From: Vicugna vicugna
Taxonomy: Eukaryota
Direction of reading: 5' to 3'
DNA length: 64,000 bases
NCBI GenBank assembly: GCA_013265495.1
Contig: MU060092.1
Coordinates: 2,046,001 to 2,110,000, forward strand
Shown: in pieces, positions 24,850 through 38,295 of the stretch
How positions within the stretch are numbered: the stretch's first letter is position 1
Layout of the letters: each line of letters starts with the position of its first letter
Translations under genes and position numbers: made by a program
Notes under the pieces: model-generated
The model's input: only the letters and a program-made list of their open reading frames with translations
Database searches by the model: none
What the model was told of the DNA's origin: nothing

Positions 24850-25312
24850 CAGCTTCTTACCCAGTATCTATCCTTCCCTTCCTCATTACCAGAACCTTGA
24901 TTATTTTTCCCCAGGGTTGCAAGGTGACAGGTACACTTCCTTCCCCAAGTGACAATTTCTGGCCAATGAGATGTAAGTAGAAATCTGCTGGATGGAGCTT
25001 CCAAGAAAGCAACTGTTTTCCTGATATAAACAAACCACTCAGCAGACACACACCTTTTGCCTTTGGCCATTCCCCCTCGTCAGGTCTGGAATGCAAACAC
25101 AATGCTTAAAGATGCAGCAGCCATCTGTGAGAATGAAGAAGAAAGTGACACCCCATAAACGGCAGAGCAGACAGGCAGGCGGGGCTGTTGGACCGGCCGC
25201 AGACCACCTTGCTATGTACTTCCTCTGGGGAGAAACAGAAACCTCTTACTTGTTTTAGCCACAGTGATGAGGTTTCTGTAACATGTAACCAGACACAGCC
25301 CTGACTGATGTA
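24850..25312 (+). mobile_element. MLT1J/K-like solo LTR
   Basis: ttctggccaatgagatgtaagtagaaatctgctggatggagcttcc...gatgcagcagccatctg...cttgttttagccacag...ggtttctgtaacatgtaacc. Confidence 0.72.
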
Positions 25313-28300
25313 AAAGCGGGATGGGTGCCAGAAACAGAAGGAAGGGAGGGAGGGTGTGGACAGAGAGGACAAGCCAATCCATCTAATAAAGAACTAGATG
25401 AGAGGCAGGAAGGACCAAGGGAAGATGCAGCCCCAGACTGGGGTTAGAGAAGCCGTCTGGGTGTTGGCACAAGAGGCCACCTGAAGAAGCCAAGAGAGGA
25501 GAGGAGGAAAGGGCTTTGGGAGTGTTACCATAGCCCAGGAATCATATCCCCTTGAGGTTCTTCAACAGAGTCCTGTAACAATGGAATAATTCCTTCTCAG
25601 TTACCTCTGGCTCCTCAGTTCTCTTTGTGTGTGGGGGTTGGGGGGTGAGTCTCTGCCGTGGCCGAGCCATGTGCAGCCCCAGGATTTACGAGGGCCATGT
25701 AAGCATTGGTCTAGAACAGCTCTGAGAGAGCAGACACAAGGCAGCAGGAGATGTGAGGTCAAGTCTGCATCCTTTCACAATATGCTGTGGAATCTCAAGC
25801 CAGCACGTTGCCATGTGCGGCTTCAGTGAAAGGAGGGAGGTGGACCAAACGTGCCAGGAGAAGCCTCCCAGCTCGGTGCCTCGTAGCCCAAGAGTTACTG
25901 CCAGAGAAGCACATCTGGATCCTGGAGGGACAGCCCTCCTTCAGGTCGCTTTCCTTTCGGCTTTGATGGCCATACGTGGTGTGAAAGAAAGAAGCGTGTG
26001 CAAGGGAAATGAAGGTCATCCCGATTCAGTAAACATCTGTTGATCAGCTGCTCTGAGCTGAACGCTCAGGTGTAGGTGGACAAAGGATACAGCCCAAGCT
26101 CCGCAGCCAGGCCCACGCGCCCTCCCCACCTGGAGAGCTCTGACTCTGGGGCTTTCTCCCCTGTTCCGCACACACACCCTCACTTCTGGCCTCCAGAGTC
26201 TCTTGTGACACTCGAGGCTTCCCTCCCTCTCCTCCAGCCGTGCCCTCTCCCTGTCGGGGACACCTGCCCTTTTTGGGAAACTCCTACTCACCCTTTAGTG
26301 CCCCGACCAAGCATCTGGAGAAAAATTAAAACAGCCTTGAGAACTTTCAGCAAGTAACTGGACCTGTTGCTACCAGCTAGGCTGTGCCATCCCCCTGGTG
26401 AAATCAATAATTCCATAGACTATCAATGTCAGTCAAGAACTCCAGGACAAAAGTGATAACCGTCCCCAGATCACACCTGAACAAAGACACCGTGCAGCCA
26501 TGACAACGACCACACCTCCCCGCCGAGGCTGACAGGAGTCGCTATGCCTTCCCTTCCAAGGCTATCTCCACCCACCTCCTCGACTGAAAGTAGTAAGATG
26601 CCCCGCCACCAAATCGCCCCTCTTTCTAAGAACACCATCCCAGAACAGACTGCCACTTCCCTGTACTCAAGTCAGCAAACACGAGCCCAAAGCCTCTGTG
26701 AAGCCCCTCTGAACCCCTCTTAGCAGCCCTCCGTGGTTCCCTGGGGTGCGTGTTGTCCTTTCACGTAACCCAACTTCAACTACATGTGTGTTCCTGGTGC
26801 CTTTGGCGGGTGGTCAGGGACAAGCTCTTCCTCTCTGACCTGCTCCAATCCAGCAGAGCACAACTCATCCCCCCATGCCATGCCTGTGCACACCTCCTGC
26901 TGCCTGGCATCCTATCTGGGCCAACGCTGCTGCAACAGCTCTTTCGCTGTATTTCTCTCCTTGCTACAACCGTCTGGCTACCTCTCTGCCATAAGTTCCC
27001 TGAGGACAGGGTCCATGCCTTCCTCGGCCCTGGGCAGGTCCCTCGGATGTCTGCAGGATAAATGCCCCGAGGCCCCACACCACAAAGCAGCAGGGCTAGG
27101 CCTCTGAGAATCTCAATCCCAGGCCCCGAAACGTTCATAACTCTTCCTCCTCCACAGCCCGCACATCCTGTGGAACCACAGGATGGGAATATTCAAGTGC
27201 TCTGCATCAGCACTTCACACCCTGCTCCCCACTTCTGCAACGTGCGCGCTGTTCTTAAATTTGCAAAGTTGCCGTCACTGCTGATCACCCACTGAGGCCA
27301 CCTCTGTGACTCCAACCTCCCCCCGCCGGCAATGCAATGCCGCGTTATTGAAAGCAGAGGATTGCAACGGCAGGCAAATAACAGGAACACAAGTTAATGA
27401 GTCCATAGCACCAAGATCCTTCACCAGCGGGAAGAAAGGAAGCATCTTAAGGTTTAAATCACCTCCATAAAACATTTGCAAATAGGAGTCGGAGAGGCTG
27501 CCGGGAGCCTATGGTTGCTGTTTAACATGCACAATTAGCAGTTCAAGGCAGCAGCAAAAATTCAAAAGGAGATCAGCATGTCCAGAAGGGTACTTTTTTT
27601 ATTTCCTTTTCAGTTTAAACACATCAACTTGAAAGCAAGCTGCATTCATCCCAGGTCTTGCACCCCCGTGCCCCAGCTCAAAGGCACTCTGGAAGAAACT
27701 GCAGCTGCTTTTACCAAGGAAAATGTGATTTTGCTCAGCTTTACTAAATGTGGAGCAAATATATTTTTTCAAGTGCTCAAAAACGCAGAGGTTGGTTGGG
27801 GGTTTTCCCCCCTCTCCAAAATGGTGCCCTAGATAACAAAGGGTAATTCAAACACCACTCACTCACCAAAGTTTAAAATAAACTGTCTGCCCCACCCGCT
27901 TTCCTCACTCACCCCGGCAGCACCAGCCCAGGACCTCGCTCTCATCAGAAAGGAATCAGGGTCACAGAGGCACACATAGGAGAGAAGGCGCCCAGCATGT
28001 CTCTGTGAAAAAGAAAAGATTTTTTCTTGCCGTCTCTTTTGCCATCATTGAGGGGAGGGTGAAATATAACTAAATGGCCTCTTTTTTTTTTCCAACAAAA
28101 ATTAATTCTGCAGGCACAGGAAGGATTGTAAACCAAATGCCACTTCCCAATAGTTTAAGAAACATGTGAGCTGGAGAGTCACCTCAGTTTTGTCACCCAT
28201 AAAGCTTCTAGTTGACCGCAGTATCAAGGGGATATTATAAGAAACGTGTGTACAATATCTTTAAAGTTCTTGTGACTTCTCAGCAAAAAAATAATAAACT

Positions 28301-29279
28301 GAATACGAGGTGAGACTGTAAAATAAAGTATAGGCATGTCCAAAACTGAATGAACTAAGTTCTTAGCCCACGTCCCAAAACTGGCCCTGCTGCTCGGAAT
28401 GCCAGCCCAGCCGGGACACACTGGGGCTGAGGGAGCACCTGGGCTCTTTGGGAGCACAGTCCGGGGTCTGCAGAGTTCTGGTCCTGACCTGCTCTGGAAT
28501 CAGGGACCCACCTGGTTCCTGAAGTTGGCTCTGCTTTGTAGTCACAGCATGGATGGCCTCCAGGGAGTCAGAGGGAAGAGTGGGTCCTACCTCTTCACCA
28601 AGTCCTCCTGTTTACCTCCATCACTGCTGCAGACCCATCACTCCACCATCATCACCAGCTACTCATTATCAACCCACCACCACAACTCACCATCACTCTG
28701 CTCACCCCTCATCACCGCCCCCCCCACCACATGCTGGTTTGTAAACTGGCCCCATATACGGAGGGCAGGGAAAGACCAAGGAAAGCGGCAGCCACTCCAG
28801 ATCAGTAGGTGGCAGGTGGCAGGTGGCAGGCGTCACAAGCAAGGAAACTTACATGCGAGGCTGGTCTTGGACACCAAAAGTGGAGGGGACCTCTGCATTG
28901 CCGCCAGACTCTTACAAATCCATCCAGAAGCCTTAACTTGGTTCAATCATGCGTACCATCCAAATGGTCCTTACAACATCTTGCTCTCTCAAGGCTTGCA
29001 TCCTTGAAACTGGCTCCACTGTGGGAACCGTGGACAGAAGGTACATTCCAAGGACAGGGGAGGGCTGAGGAGCCCCGGGTGCAGCTCTCCGGTCAACCAC
29101 CGGTCACATCCTCCCGATGACCTCCCTCCAACACCACACCATCACGCAACCACCCTCATCCGTCTTCACCACGGCATGTTGAGGAAACAGGGTCCAGAGA
29201 CCTGAGACCCCAGGTCTAGATGTCTATAGATTCACACAGCCCTTTACATTTGCCATCAGAGAACATTTAACAAGTTGCC

Positions 29280-29830
29280 CAGGGCAATAACAATAATAAT
29301 AATAGCTCATAATTCTGAGTGATTACTACTGCCAGGCACTGTTAAGTGCTTTCATGCATTAGCTCACAATAATCTTACACAGAAAGTGCCACTGCTGCGC
29401 CTATTTTAACCTGGGGAAGCTGAAACACAGAGGCTAAGTCACTGGCTTCAAGTCTTATAGCCAGTAAGTGTCAGACCCCCAGCCCCAGAGCCCAGGCTCT
29501 TGACCGTTCTGTCACCCTGTCATCTCACAAAATAAATCTAGGGTACATTAATGAAGAGCATTTGCTAAGTTCCCTGGGTTATTGGGGTACCAGCCCAGAA
29601 AGCTAAGCAGAACCCTGCAGCCACTCACACTCACCCCAAAGTCCACCCCATGTTCAAGGACAAAGCCCTGATAGCAGCCAGGCACGGTGCTAACTGTGTG
29701 CACGCTTTCTTTTCTTAATTCTCACAATAATCTCCTGAGGTAGGTAACATTATTCCCATTTTATACTTGAGGAAACAGACTCAGAGAGGATCAACAACTT
29801 GCCTGATGGTCACGTCATAGATACATCTGA
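29280..29830 (-). mobile_element. Two MIR copies (~29280-29520 and ~29680-29830)
   Basis: taataatagctcat...tgccaggcactgttaagtgctttc...cctattttaacctggggaagctgaaacacagagg; the second has attcccattttatacttgaggaaacagactcagagagg. Confidence 0.7.
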
Positions 29831-30082
29831 AAGGACCCTGTTCAGAGTGGTCACATATACCCAAGGCATGGACGATTTCTGGGAGGGGGGTGCTACAGAG
29901 CCATAGCACTTGGGTGGGGTCTCTCCCGTGACCCCAGCATTCAAGATGGAGCCTGGAAGTTCAGCGCAAGGAGATGAAGGCATGCAGCCTTGCAGGAAGG
30001 AATGAAACAGTGTTGCTCACAATTAAAGTAACAGCCAATAATCCTTACAGGTCAGAGGAGCAGGTGGTGTAACAAATGTTAC

Positions 30083-30414
30083 TTCTTTAAAAATTGAAGA
30101 ATAGTCCATTTACAATGCTGTGTTAATTTCTGGTGCAGAGTATAGTGATTCAGATATATATAGATATATAGAGACACATATCTATATATATATATATTCT
30201 TTTCCATATTCTTTTTCATTGTAGGCTATTATAAAATATTGAATATAGTTCCCTGTACTGTTCAATAGGACCTTGTTGTTTATTTATTTTACATATACTA
30301 GTTAGTATCTGCAAATCCTGAACTCCCAATTTATCCCTCCACACTCCCCCACCTTCTCCCCACTCTCCCCGTGGTAACCATAAGTTTGTTTTCTATGTCT
30401 GTGCATCTGTTTCT
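30083..30414 (-). mobile_element. Cetartiodactyl/camelid L1 3' end
   Basis: tgaatatagttccctgtactgttcaataggaccttgttgttta...gtatctgcaaatcctgaactcccaatttatccc...ggtaaccataagtttgttttctatgtctgtg. Confidence 0.92.
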
Positions 30415-33228
30415 ATACATTTCTGAAATGTTAATTTCAGAGTCACTGCAGTAAGTTGGAACACAGAATAGCCCCCAGGGGTGGGAATCCCCACCTACGA
30501 AGTCATTTTGCTGGGCCTGCCCCAGCTGGACCTACTTCAGGGTAGTGAGGGTTTGCAGAGCTGTTCCCCTGCTCCATGCTGACTTCTCAAAGTGGCTGCT
30601 GCCCTTTACAATTAGACACTCAAAGCCCTCCATTCTGAGCCCTTAAATATATACAGTGACCTGCGTACTGATGTGGCCAAAGGACCAGGAAAGAGAAAAT
30701 TGCTCCCCTTAAATTCAGCCCCAGGGCAACCACTGCATAACCAAGTGGCAGGCCTGGCTGGGTCCTCAGGTTTGTGTTATAGCATCACAGCCCCTCACTG
30801 CCTGGAAAGTTCCAGTCTCTTCCTCCCTCCTACCCCATCTCCCGCCTCTGCCCCTCTCTGCCGCCCCCTCCACCCCACCCCCGGCCACCAGCCCAATCCG
30901 TTCTAACAGCCATTGACTGATTAATGAAAACCCTTCAGCAATGTTTCTACCCTCATAAAGGGTCTGTTCCTTCCAGAATAACAAACCAAGTATACTCTGC
31001 TTCACAGGTATTGCAGGTTTTTGGGGGGTTTGTTTTTTTTTGGTTTTTGTGGGGTTTTTTTTTTTTCGGTGTGGGGGTGGTGGTGATAAGACACCAAATG
31101 CTGTGGGCACGAAACTCTGAGTTCTCATCTAGTGCCGGGGAGACTCACTTTTTCTTATTACACCTTCCTGGACTCACAATCCAAGGATGTTTCAGCTCTT
31201 GGCCAGCTATCAGCTTCAGAGTCTCAACACAGGGTCCCAATTACATTGTTAACAGTAAAGAAAACTTGAACCAATTTTAGAACAAGTGTTGAGAGGAATA
31301 AGAAAAATCCCTGCTGTGATCTTTTAAAACATTAGTTGGGAAATAGTTCCCTCTTGTGTTCTGCGTGGAAATTGCCGGTCTTGCCCAGAAAATATCCCAA
31401 GAGCTGCAGGTTAATCAATTTTTTGTGCTGCTGTGAACCGTATTGGCAATCAGATAAGACCTATGGACTCCTTCCCAAATTTATAAAGTAAAACAGACAG
31501 AATTACAAAGAAAAACAATTATATTTAGATTTATTTATCCAATTATTAAATAAGCAGAATCTATACTAATACATGTGCTTTTTTTTTTTTAACACAGTAA
31601 ATAATGAGACCTAGTGGCAGGTCTCTTTGCCATAAATGCTAAGTAGTCATGACTATAAGTGACATTCTGAGAAATCAGCGGCAAATGTAACATGATATTC
31701 AAATAGCTAGGATTTCTGGAAGTAACAGGGTCACAGGCTTTGGTAATACTACAAAGGTCAGTATTTGACTTTTTCTTGCCATTTATAATTAATGAAAATT
31801 CTGTATTTCCGTTAGAGGTTAGTAAATACAAAGCCCCAATCTTTTTCCCATTCTTGTACGTGGGTCTCCTGAATTCCACCCACGGACCCCTTGGAGTTTC
31901 CCCATCTGAGGCAAGGGAGTGACCAATTTTGTAATATTTCAGGGGGGAAATGCTATCGTCACCTCCAAGGTGTGTGAGAATTTGGGAATCTGAAGGAACC
32001 AGTCCATCCAGCACGTTTAATGTAACCAAAACAACACCGCTCTGAAAATCAGGACACCAGCTTCTGTTCCGTCCTGGCTAACAGTGCCAGAAATGGAAGA
32101 GAATTTCAGCAAGATAAAGCAGAGATAAACCTGAAGCATAGAAGGCCAACATCTCAACAAATCCTCCCCACCTGAGGGAGAGTCGGCCTGTGCTGGTAAT
32201 GATGACCAATGACCGCAGCCAGCAGCGTCTGAGCACTTACCTGAGCCCGTCCTCCAGAGCTGCTAGGATCTGGCTGCACCAATGAGGAGATGGAGGCTCA
32301 GAGCAGAGTCCTGCCCCGAATCACCCACGACCTGGCCCAGGTCAGGCTGCTTCTAACAGCCAGTCTGTCTCCTCTGCACAGACCAGCTGGTGGCTTATAA
32401 ATTCGGGAGCTTCCAGGGTGGAATTTTAAACTGGTCCTGTACAAGGAGGGCAGGGAGCCATTCCAGGTCAGTAGGTGGCATTTTCACAAGCAGAGCAACT
32501 TAAATACGAGGCTGGGGGTCCCCACACCTGCCTGCCAGCATCTCACAAGTTTATCCAGAGACCTTCATGGGGTTCAGCCCCGTAACTGGTCCAGATGGTC
32601 TCAACAAATTGTTAGTTCCTCAAGGCTGCATCCTGGAACCCAGCTCCACTTGGGGAATCACACTTTCTAGGTTGGGGTGGGGTCAGGAGCCTCCAGAAGT
32701 CTGGGGCCATGGGTCAACTGTGGGTCACGTCCTCTCAACGACCTCCCCCAACAGCTGCCTCGGTGGGGAGGACACCTACCCCAGGAGACCCCGGGGACAC
32801 CGGGGACACCCACAATGTGGAATGAGAAGTTGAAGGGGAAACCTGTCCTCAGAGGAAAGCTCGTGCCTCTCCTCTAGGAAAGGCAACGCGTGAGCAGGAT
32901 CGAGGGGTCAGCCGAGGGCCTCCCAGCCGTGGAGAATGATCCAAAAGCACATCAACCAAGGGGCCCTCTGACTGGAGTGCCCGGCCCACTTTCCACAAGC
33001 CTCTCACGTACCCAGCAATTCCAGAGCACATCCAAATGTGTGTCCCTTCTGCCTGTGGGGTTACCCAAACGTCATCTGACCGCATCCCTCTCCTGCTCAA
33101 ATCCTCTTGGGGCCTCTGTTGCCAACGGAGCTTTCTCACTGCTGCCCTTTCTCACGTCTGGACTCCCCCGTATTGCCTTCATCCAAACACTTCACTGCCC
33201 AAGTGGCCCACCACCACCTCCTCACTAT

Positions 33229-33249
33229 ACACACACACACACACACACA
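33229..33249. repeat. (AC)10 microsatellite
   Basis: Read directly from the sequence. Confidence 0.95.
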
Positions 33250-35779
33250 GGTGGGGTGAGGGGAAGCCTCCCATCTGGACACAGTGGGGAAGAACAACAG
33301 TGGTGCCCCACCCCACTGGCTGTGTCCTGTAGGCTCCCCCTGGATTCCTGACCCCTCCAAGCCCTCCTCAGCCATATCACCAATTCCAAACTCTATGGCT
33401 GAAAACCCTGTGAAATGCCCCCAGGCCTCCCCCACAGGCACGCAGCAGCCTCCTCGGGACACCCTTTCTGAAACAGGGTGTTCGTGCCTCACCTGGCTGT
33501 CCCCTGTGGAGCAGATCTCTCCCCCGGGGTGCCCGGGCCTCCCCACTAAGGACGGACTGAGGTCGCCCTCCCACTTGGGCTCCAGGCTCCACAACCCATT
33601 TCCCCGGAGGTTGAGACACATCGCCATTTATTGGCCTGAGGGGCAGGGCCTGGGCTGGAGCCACCAGACTGGCCTTCACAGCGGCAGTCGGTGAAGAAGG
33701 TGGGAGGGTGAGGGTCAGTCAGGACTTGGGAGGGCACGCGCCTCTTAGGTGCCTGTTCTGAGTGCCCAGGCCTTGCCTGTGAGTCCAGAACTCTCTGGGG
33801 AAGCTGATGCTGTCCCCTTACCAGTGGGTGCAGTCTCCTCCGAGCAGCCCCTGAAAGCTGGCTGGGGAGTCCGCCTCGGCCGCTGAGCCTCCTTTGTGCT
33901 GAGAGCCTCGCCCCTGGGGTTTCATTCACTTCTAAGACCTCTCAGCCACCAACAGCTGCGCCTCAGGAATGAACCCCAGGGAGACGCAAAGACTCTTCTC
34001 CTGGGACCAAGTCAGAACTTCAGCCCCTCAAACACCACAGCTTTCAGTGGGCTCCCTTCTTCCATAGCATGGCAGGCTTCCCAACAACTGGGGCAAGCCC
34101 TTGGCCTGGGCCTCACAGGGCATGGCCAGGCTGGGCCACCTGAGGACTCAGGCCGCTGCCTTTCAGGCACAGGGCTCTTTCCGCTGGGCATCAAGAATGT
34201 GGGCCTCCTCAGCACTGTCTAACGAGTGATTTCCCATCTCTCCACCCTGCCAAACCCTGTATCTGACCAGACGGTGAAAGCGTTCAGGTTACTCTTAAAA
34301 CACCCAGCAGAGGCTTCCAGGAGCCCGGTCATCTGCTCGAGAATCCTCCAGTGGGGTCTCAGCCAATCCAACCAAGCAAATGCTGCACTGTCATCGACCG
34401 TGGGTGCAGGTGAGCACGGCACGAACATTCCCCGCCGTTCCAACGATGGCCCGAATGTGGTAGGCGGGTGTGAATGGACGCTGATCGGCCCAGGTACACA
34501 AGAAATAGCTATGCATTGACTGAAGTCATCCATTTGACTCTGAAGCCCAACCCACAGGGTGATGAGAAATTCACCCTCAGTCATTACTGGTTCCCCACAC
34601 ACATTACCCAGGGTGATACCAGGTCCTGGGTCACCACTCCATGCTGTCCAGCTTCATGGCCCCCTCAGATATGGAAGCTTCACTCATCTGGAGGGTGATG
34701 CTCTCTGGGCCTGCTGTGATCCCTCTGAAGAAGCTATCCAAAAAGTTATCCCCTCTGAGATTTTGCTGCTTCCTTCAACTCCTGGCCCCAGAGCTTCCAG
34801 CCCCTGCTCCCCACCCAGCAAACAACTCCTGGGGCAGGAACACGGAAAGGGTTTAGCTACATGGTTGGAGGTGAAAGGAAGAAAGAAATGGAGAACTCCC
34901 AAAAATTCATACTCAATACACCATCTGCCTCCAAACTTACCATTGTATCCAGTTCAGTTTCACTCTTTCCTGGAATATAAATTCCTTGAGGGCCCAGTTG
35001 TAGCCCCAACACTCAGAATAGTAAATAGTTTCTCAACATACAATTTTGAATTGGTGAGAAAAAAACAAAAACAGGTGAATGGATAGATGGAGGTGAGGAA
35101 TGAGAGCAGATGTCCTTTGATAGAACAAACACTGAGAGACAGGAGACGCTTTAGAAGGCCTTGAAATATTCACCCCAGTGAGATCCCAGCTCCATCCGAG
35201 CCAGCCCCAGGAACTCAACCATCTGTGCCACGTTTCCTCCTCTCCTGTAAAAAGGGATGCATTTTACACCAGTGACTGCTCAGCTAAAGTAAGTTAATGG
35301 GTTTTAAATGCTTAGAAGAGAACCTGCACCATGGCGGGCACTCGGTAAGCGTTAGCTATTTTCAGCAGTGGCGGCAGCACGGGAGGAAGCTACGTTTGCC
35401 ATTACAGCCGTCCAGATCAGAGGCGGCAGGCAAGAGAGCCCCGGCTGCAGCTACTCGGCAGCCGTGTGACTGTGGACAAGTTACTCAGTTTCTCCATAAG
35501 TGGACTCTACCGTGTAGAAAGAGTATGAATAAAAACGCTATCAACTTCTGAGGGTTCTTATGCAACAAATGAATTATTATTTAAAGACAGTACAGTCCTT
35601 ATGACCAGTGCGTGCACAGCTGATGTCTCAAGTGCAAGTCATTATATATAATAAGAGTAGGCAACCATGACATCAGTGAAACACAGCAGCATGGAATACA
35701 GAGAGAAATGTGAAGGCAGGGAAGAGTGCATAAAAATGTAAATATGAGATTTAAAGTCACGGGGGAAAAGACACTCCTA

Positions 35780-36760
35780 AAACTGGAGAGACAGATGAAG
35801 ACAGAGAATCACAGGTTACTGGGAGCAGAAGCCACTGGAGCCAGAATCTGGGAGGAAAACAAATGGACAAGCTGCTGGAAAGTGAGAGTGGGCTGGCTTG
35901 AGAGATGAAAATTCCAGGGGGAGGTCGCCCCCAACTCTTTCATGAATTTTACCTCTGGGAGCCTCACCAGGTTTCTGTGGTGAAAATTTGAGAAGAATCC
36001 CCTGTTTTCAACAGGGAGAGGGAAAAGTAACTATTGGAGTGTTCTGCGTTCCATCTGCCCTCAAGGGAAACTACTTGATCAGAGTCTAACCAACTTGGAG
36101 AAGGGAAATATCCAACTACCCCAGCCACCTCTAGCCGCCTTCCCTCACGGAAGGGCGAGGCGGGAAGGGGTTGGGAAGCCCAGGTGAAAACCACAGCCCA
36201 GGGCAATATGCTCATTAAGACTAAGACCTCATCCGCATGATTATTGGACACACCTTTCCACCACATCCACAGGGCGCCTGTGTAATAAAATGATTACAGC
36301 TGAAGGAACTGGAAAAGTTCAAGAAGTTTCCAGGGAAAGCCAAAAACAGGAGAAAAAAAATAAGCATACTAGGAGAAATGGAAGCCTCAGACACCTACAA
36401 ATAACCCAGCAACAAGTAGTAAAACCAGTCTGACTCCTAGCCAGATAAACATAAATCCTCATGCTAAAGACCTGTTCACCCCAGTTCCTTTTACCTAATA
36501 TATCAGGTCACCCTTTCAAAAAACAAAAATTAAAGGTGTGCTAAAAGGCAAGGAAGAAACACCTGAAGAGACAAAGCAAGTGACAAAATAAACTGAGTAA
36601 TAATAAAACCGAATTTAAAAAAAAAGGAAAGCAATGGTCAACAACTGTAATCAAGAGGAAATGCATACTATAACAATAGGACACTAACAACATGTCTAAA
36701 CCCTGTTTACAAAAATATATAAGAAAAAGACAAGAGCTGGCTGAGAATGGAGGGAAGAAA
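35780..36760 (+). mobile_element. Old L1M (L1MC/MD-like) 5' region
   Basis: ctcctagccagataaacataaatcctcatgctaaagacctgttcaccccagttccttttacc...ctaaaaggcaag...ctgaagagacaaagcaag resembles the recalled L1M4-type 5' end. Confidence 0.72.
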
Positions 36761-36931
36761 ATAAGAGTATTAACGATCAGAACAATTAGAAAAAAGAAAA
36801 CATAATTCAAGCAATGAAAGATAGGAAAGGAAACAAAATACCTATTCCATACAGATGAAATGTCAGAAGGTCATAGGATTATAATTTTAACAAAGTTGAG
36901 AATTAGTTCAACTTTCCTATTAGATTACACT

Positions 36932-36953
36932 CACACACACACACACACACACA
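36932..36953. repeat. (CA)11 microsatellite
   Basis: Read directly from the sequence. Confidence 0.95.
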
Positions 36954-38289
36954 AACTGAGTCATATAACTAAATCTTACCACCTAAAACCAAGGCAAGCA
37001 CACGCAAGTCAGAAAATTCGCTAATGCATCCAGAAAGGAAAAAAACAGAGGCGAAAATTTATTTAACAAATTGAAAAGTGAAAAAGGAACAGAAAAGGGT
37101 CACCTCATGTTCACAACAGACATCACTGGCATGAATATGAATCACATGGCTTCAAAATGCGTAGACTTATACAGTTACAAATACAGGAAAACTTAAAAAG
37201 AAACACGAAGGTATAAGACTTGTACCTGTTTACCTGTATCACAGGTGTCATTGGCTGAAAAGGATGTAAGCAGCTTTTAAGCAAAAAGGAAGGGTATCAG
37301 GAGCCACAGAGCTGACAGAAGCCAGGGTCCCCCTGCGGGCAGAGTGCTAAGGCCGACAACTCGTATGTGCCCCAGATGAATTATGTACAAAGGCAAGACC
37401 GGCCAGTCCCCGGGGACCCTCGTTAGCAGTGGCCTGCCTGCGGCTCTCTGGGGCACAGGCAGTTCCTAGACCAATCCTGCCCGTCCAGTGGTCATAAACT
37501 GAAGCAGCCCCTCCTCCCTCCCACCCCCACCCACCACAGGCAGAGCCTCTCAAGTCACTTTCCTTTAGGCTGCATCTGAACCCAAGTTCTGGGGAGGGTC
37601 CTGTAGGTCCCCGGTGTCCCCTCACCCCACACACCAAGGTTCCCAGGCCCCTCAGTGAGAACTCTCTGTATCGCCCAACCCAGATGCCACGTAAGTAAAA
37701 ACCAAGGAACAACAACAAAAGATTTAACTATGCCAATTGCTATAGATTTTCAACGCAAATAACAGGGATTCAGAATACCGATTCATTCCTAGAGCTAGCA
37801 TGTTCGACTTCAATATATTTGAAAGACATACAGAATCAATACATTTTCAGATAAATTGTGTATCCTGAGCTACATAGTAAAACTGCATCTGACCTTAAAA
37901 CACGGGAGAAGTAGGAAGAAAATAAGAAGTTATGTTTTAAAAGATGAACGTATTTCACCGTCTCCCTTCCCCTGATCAACTGAATGTGGTAATCTTGCCA
38001 AACATTTCCAAAAATTAACCCCTAAAGTGACCCCTGAAGAAGAGACTATTCATTCGAAAGAAATGGGCCAAATCATACATGATGAAAAATTGCTCCACCC
38101 TTGATCAATTATAGGGTTGACAGCTGTAAGAAAACACACAAAAAATTATTTTTTCAGTCTTATGCATTTAGTCAGTGGTATTAATTTCCCAAACCACTAT
38201 TTATCGAAGAAATTATAGAAATACAAAAGCTGAGGCATAAACACTTTAAATAAGAATTCATACTACAAGGAAGTAAGAATCTTTCAACT

Positions 38290-38295
38290 TTTATT
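38290..38295 (-). terminator. Distal polyadenylation signal AATAAA
   Basis: tttatt on + strand. UGUA motifs lie upstream on the mRNA, and a U/GU-rich tract (ttatttaaagtgtttatg..cttttgtat) lies downstream. Confidence 0.7.

Noticed and set aside
28399-29007. Longest non-ALIX ORF (202 aa, + strand)
   Set aside because: No recognisable domain, a low-complexity His/Thr/Ser/Pro stretch from CAC/CAT-rich DNA, and no supporting exon structure. By rough estimate, about one stop-free run of this length is expected by chance over six frames of ~38 kb of GC-balanced DNA.
448-37718. The many 60-190 aa ORFs in the left part of the window
   Set aside because: None resembles a protein family I recognise. 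They overlap each other on both strands, often lie within L1/L2/LTR relics or run through N gaps, and show non-coding composition.
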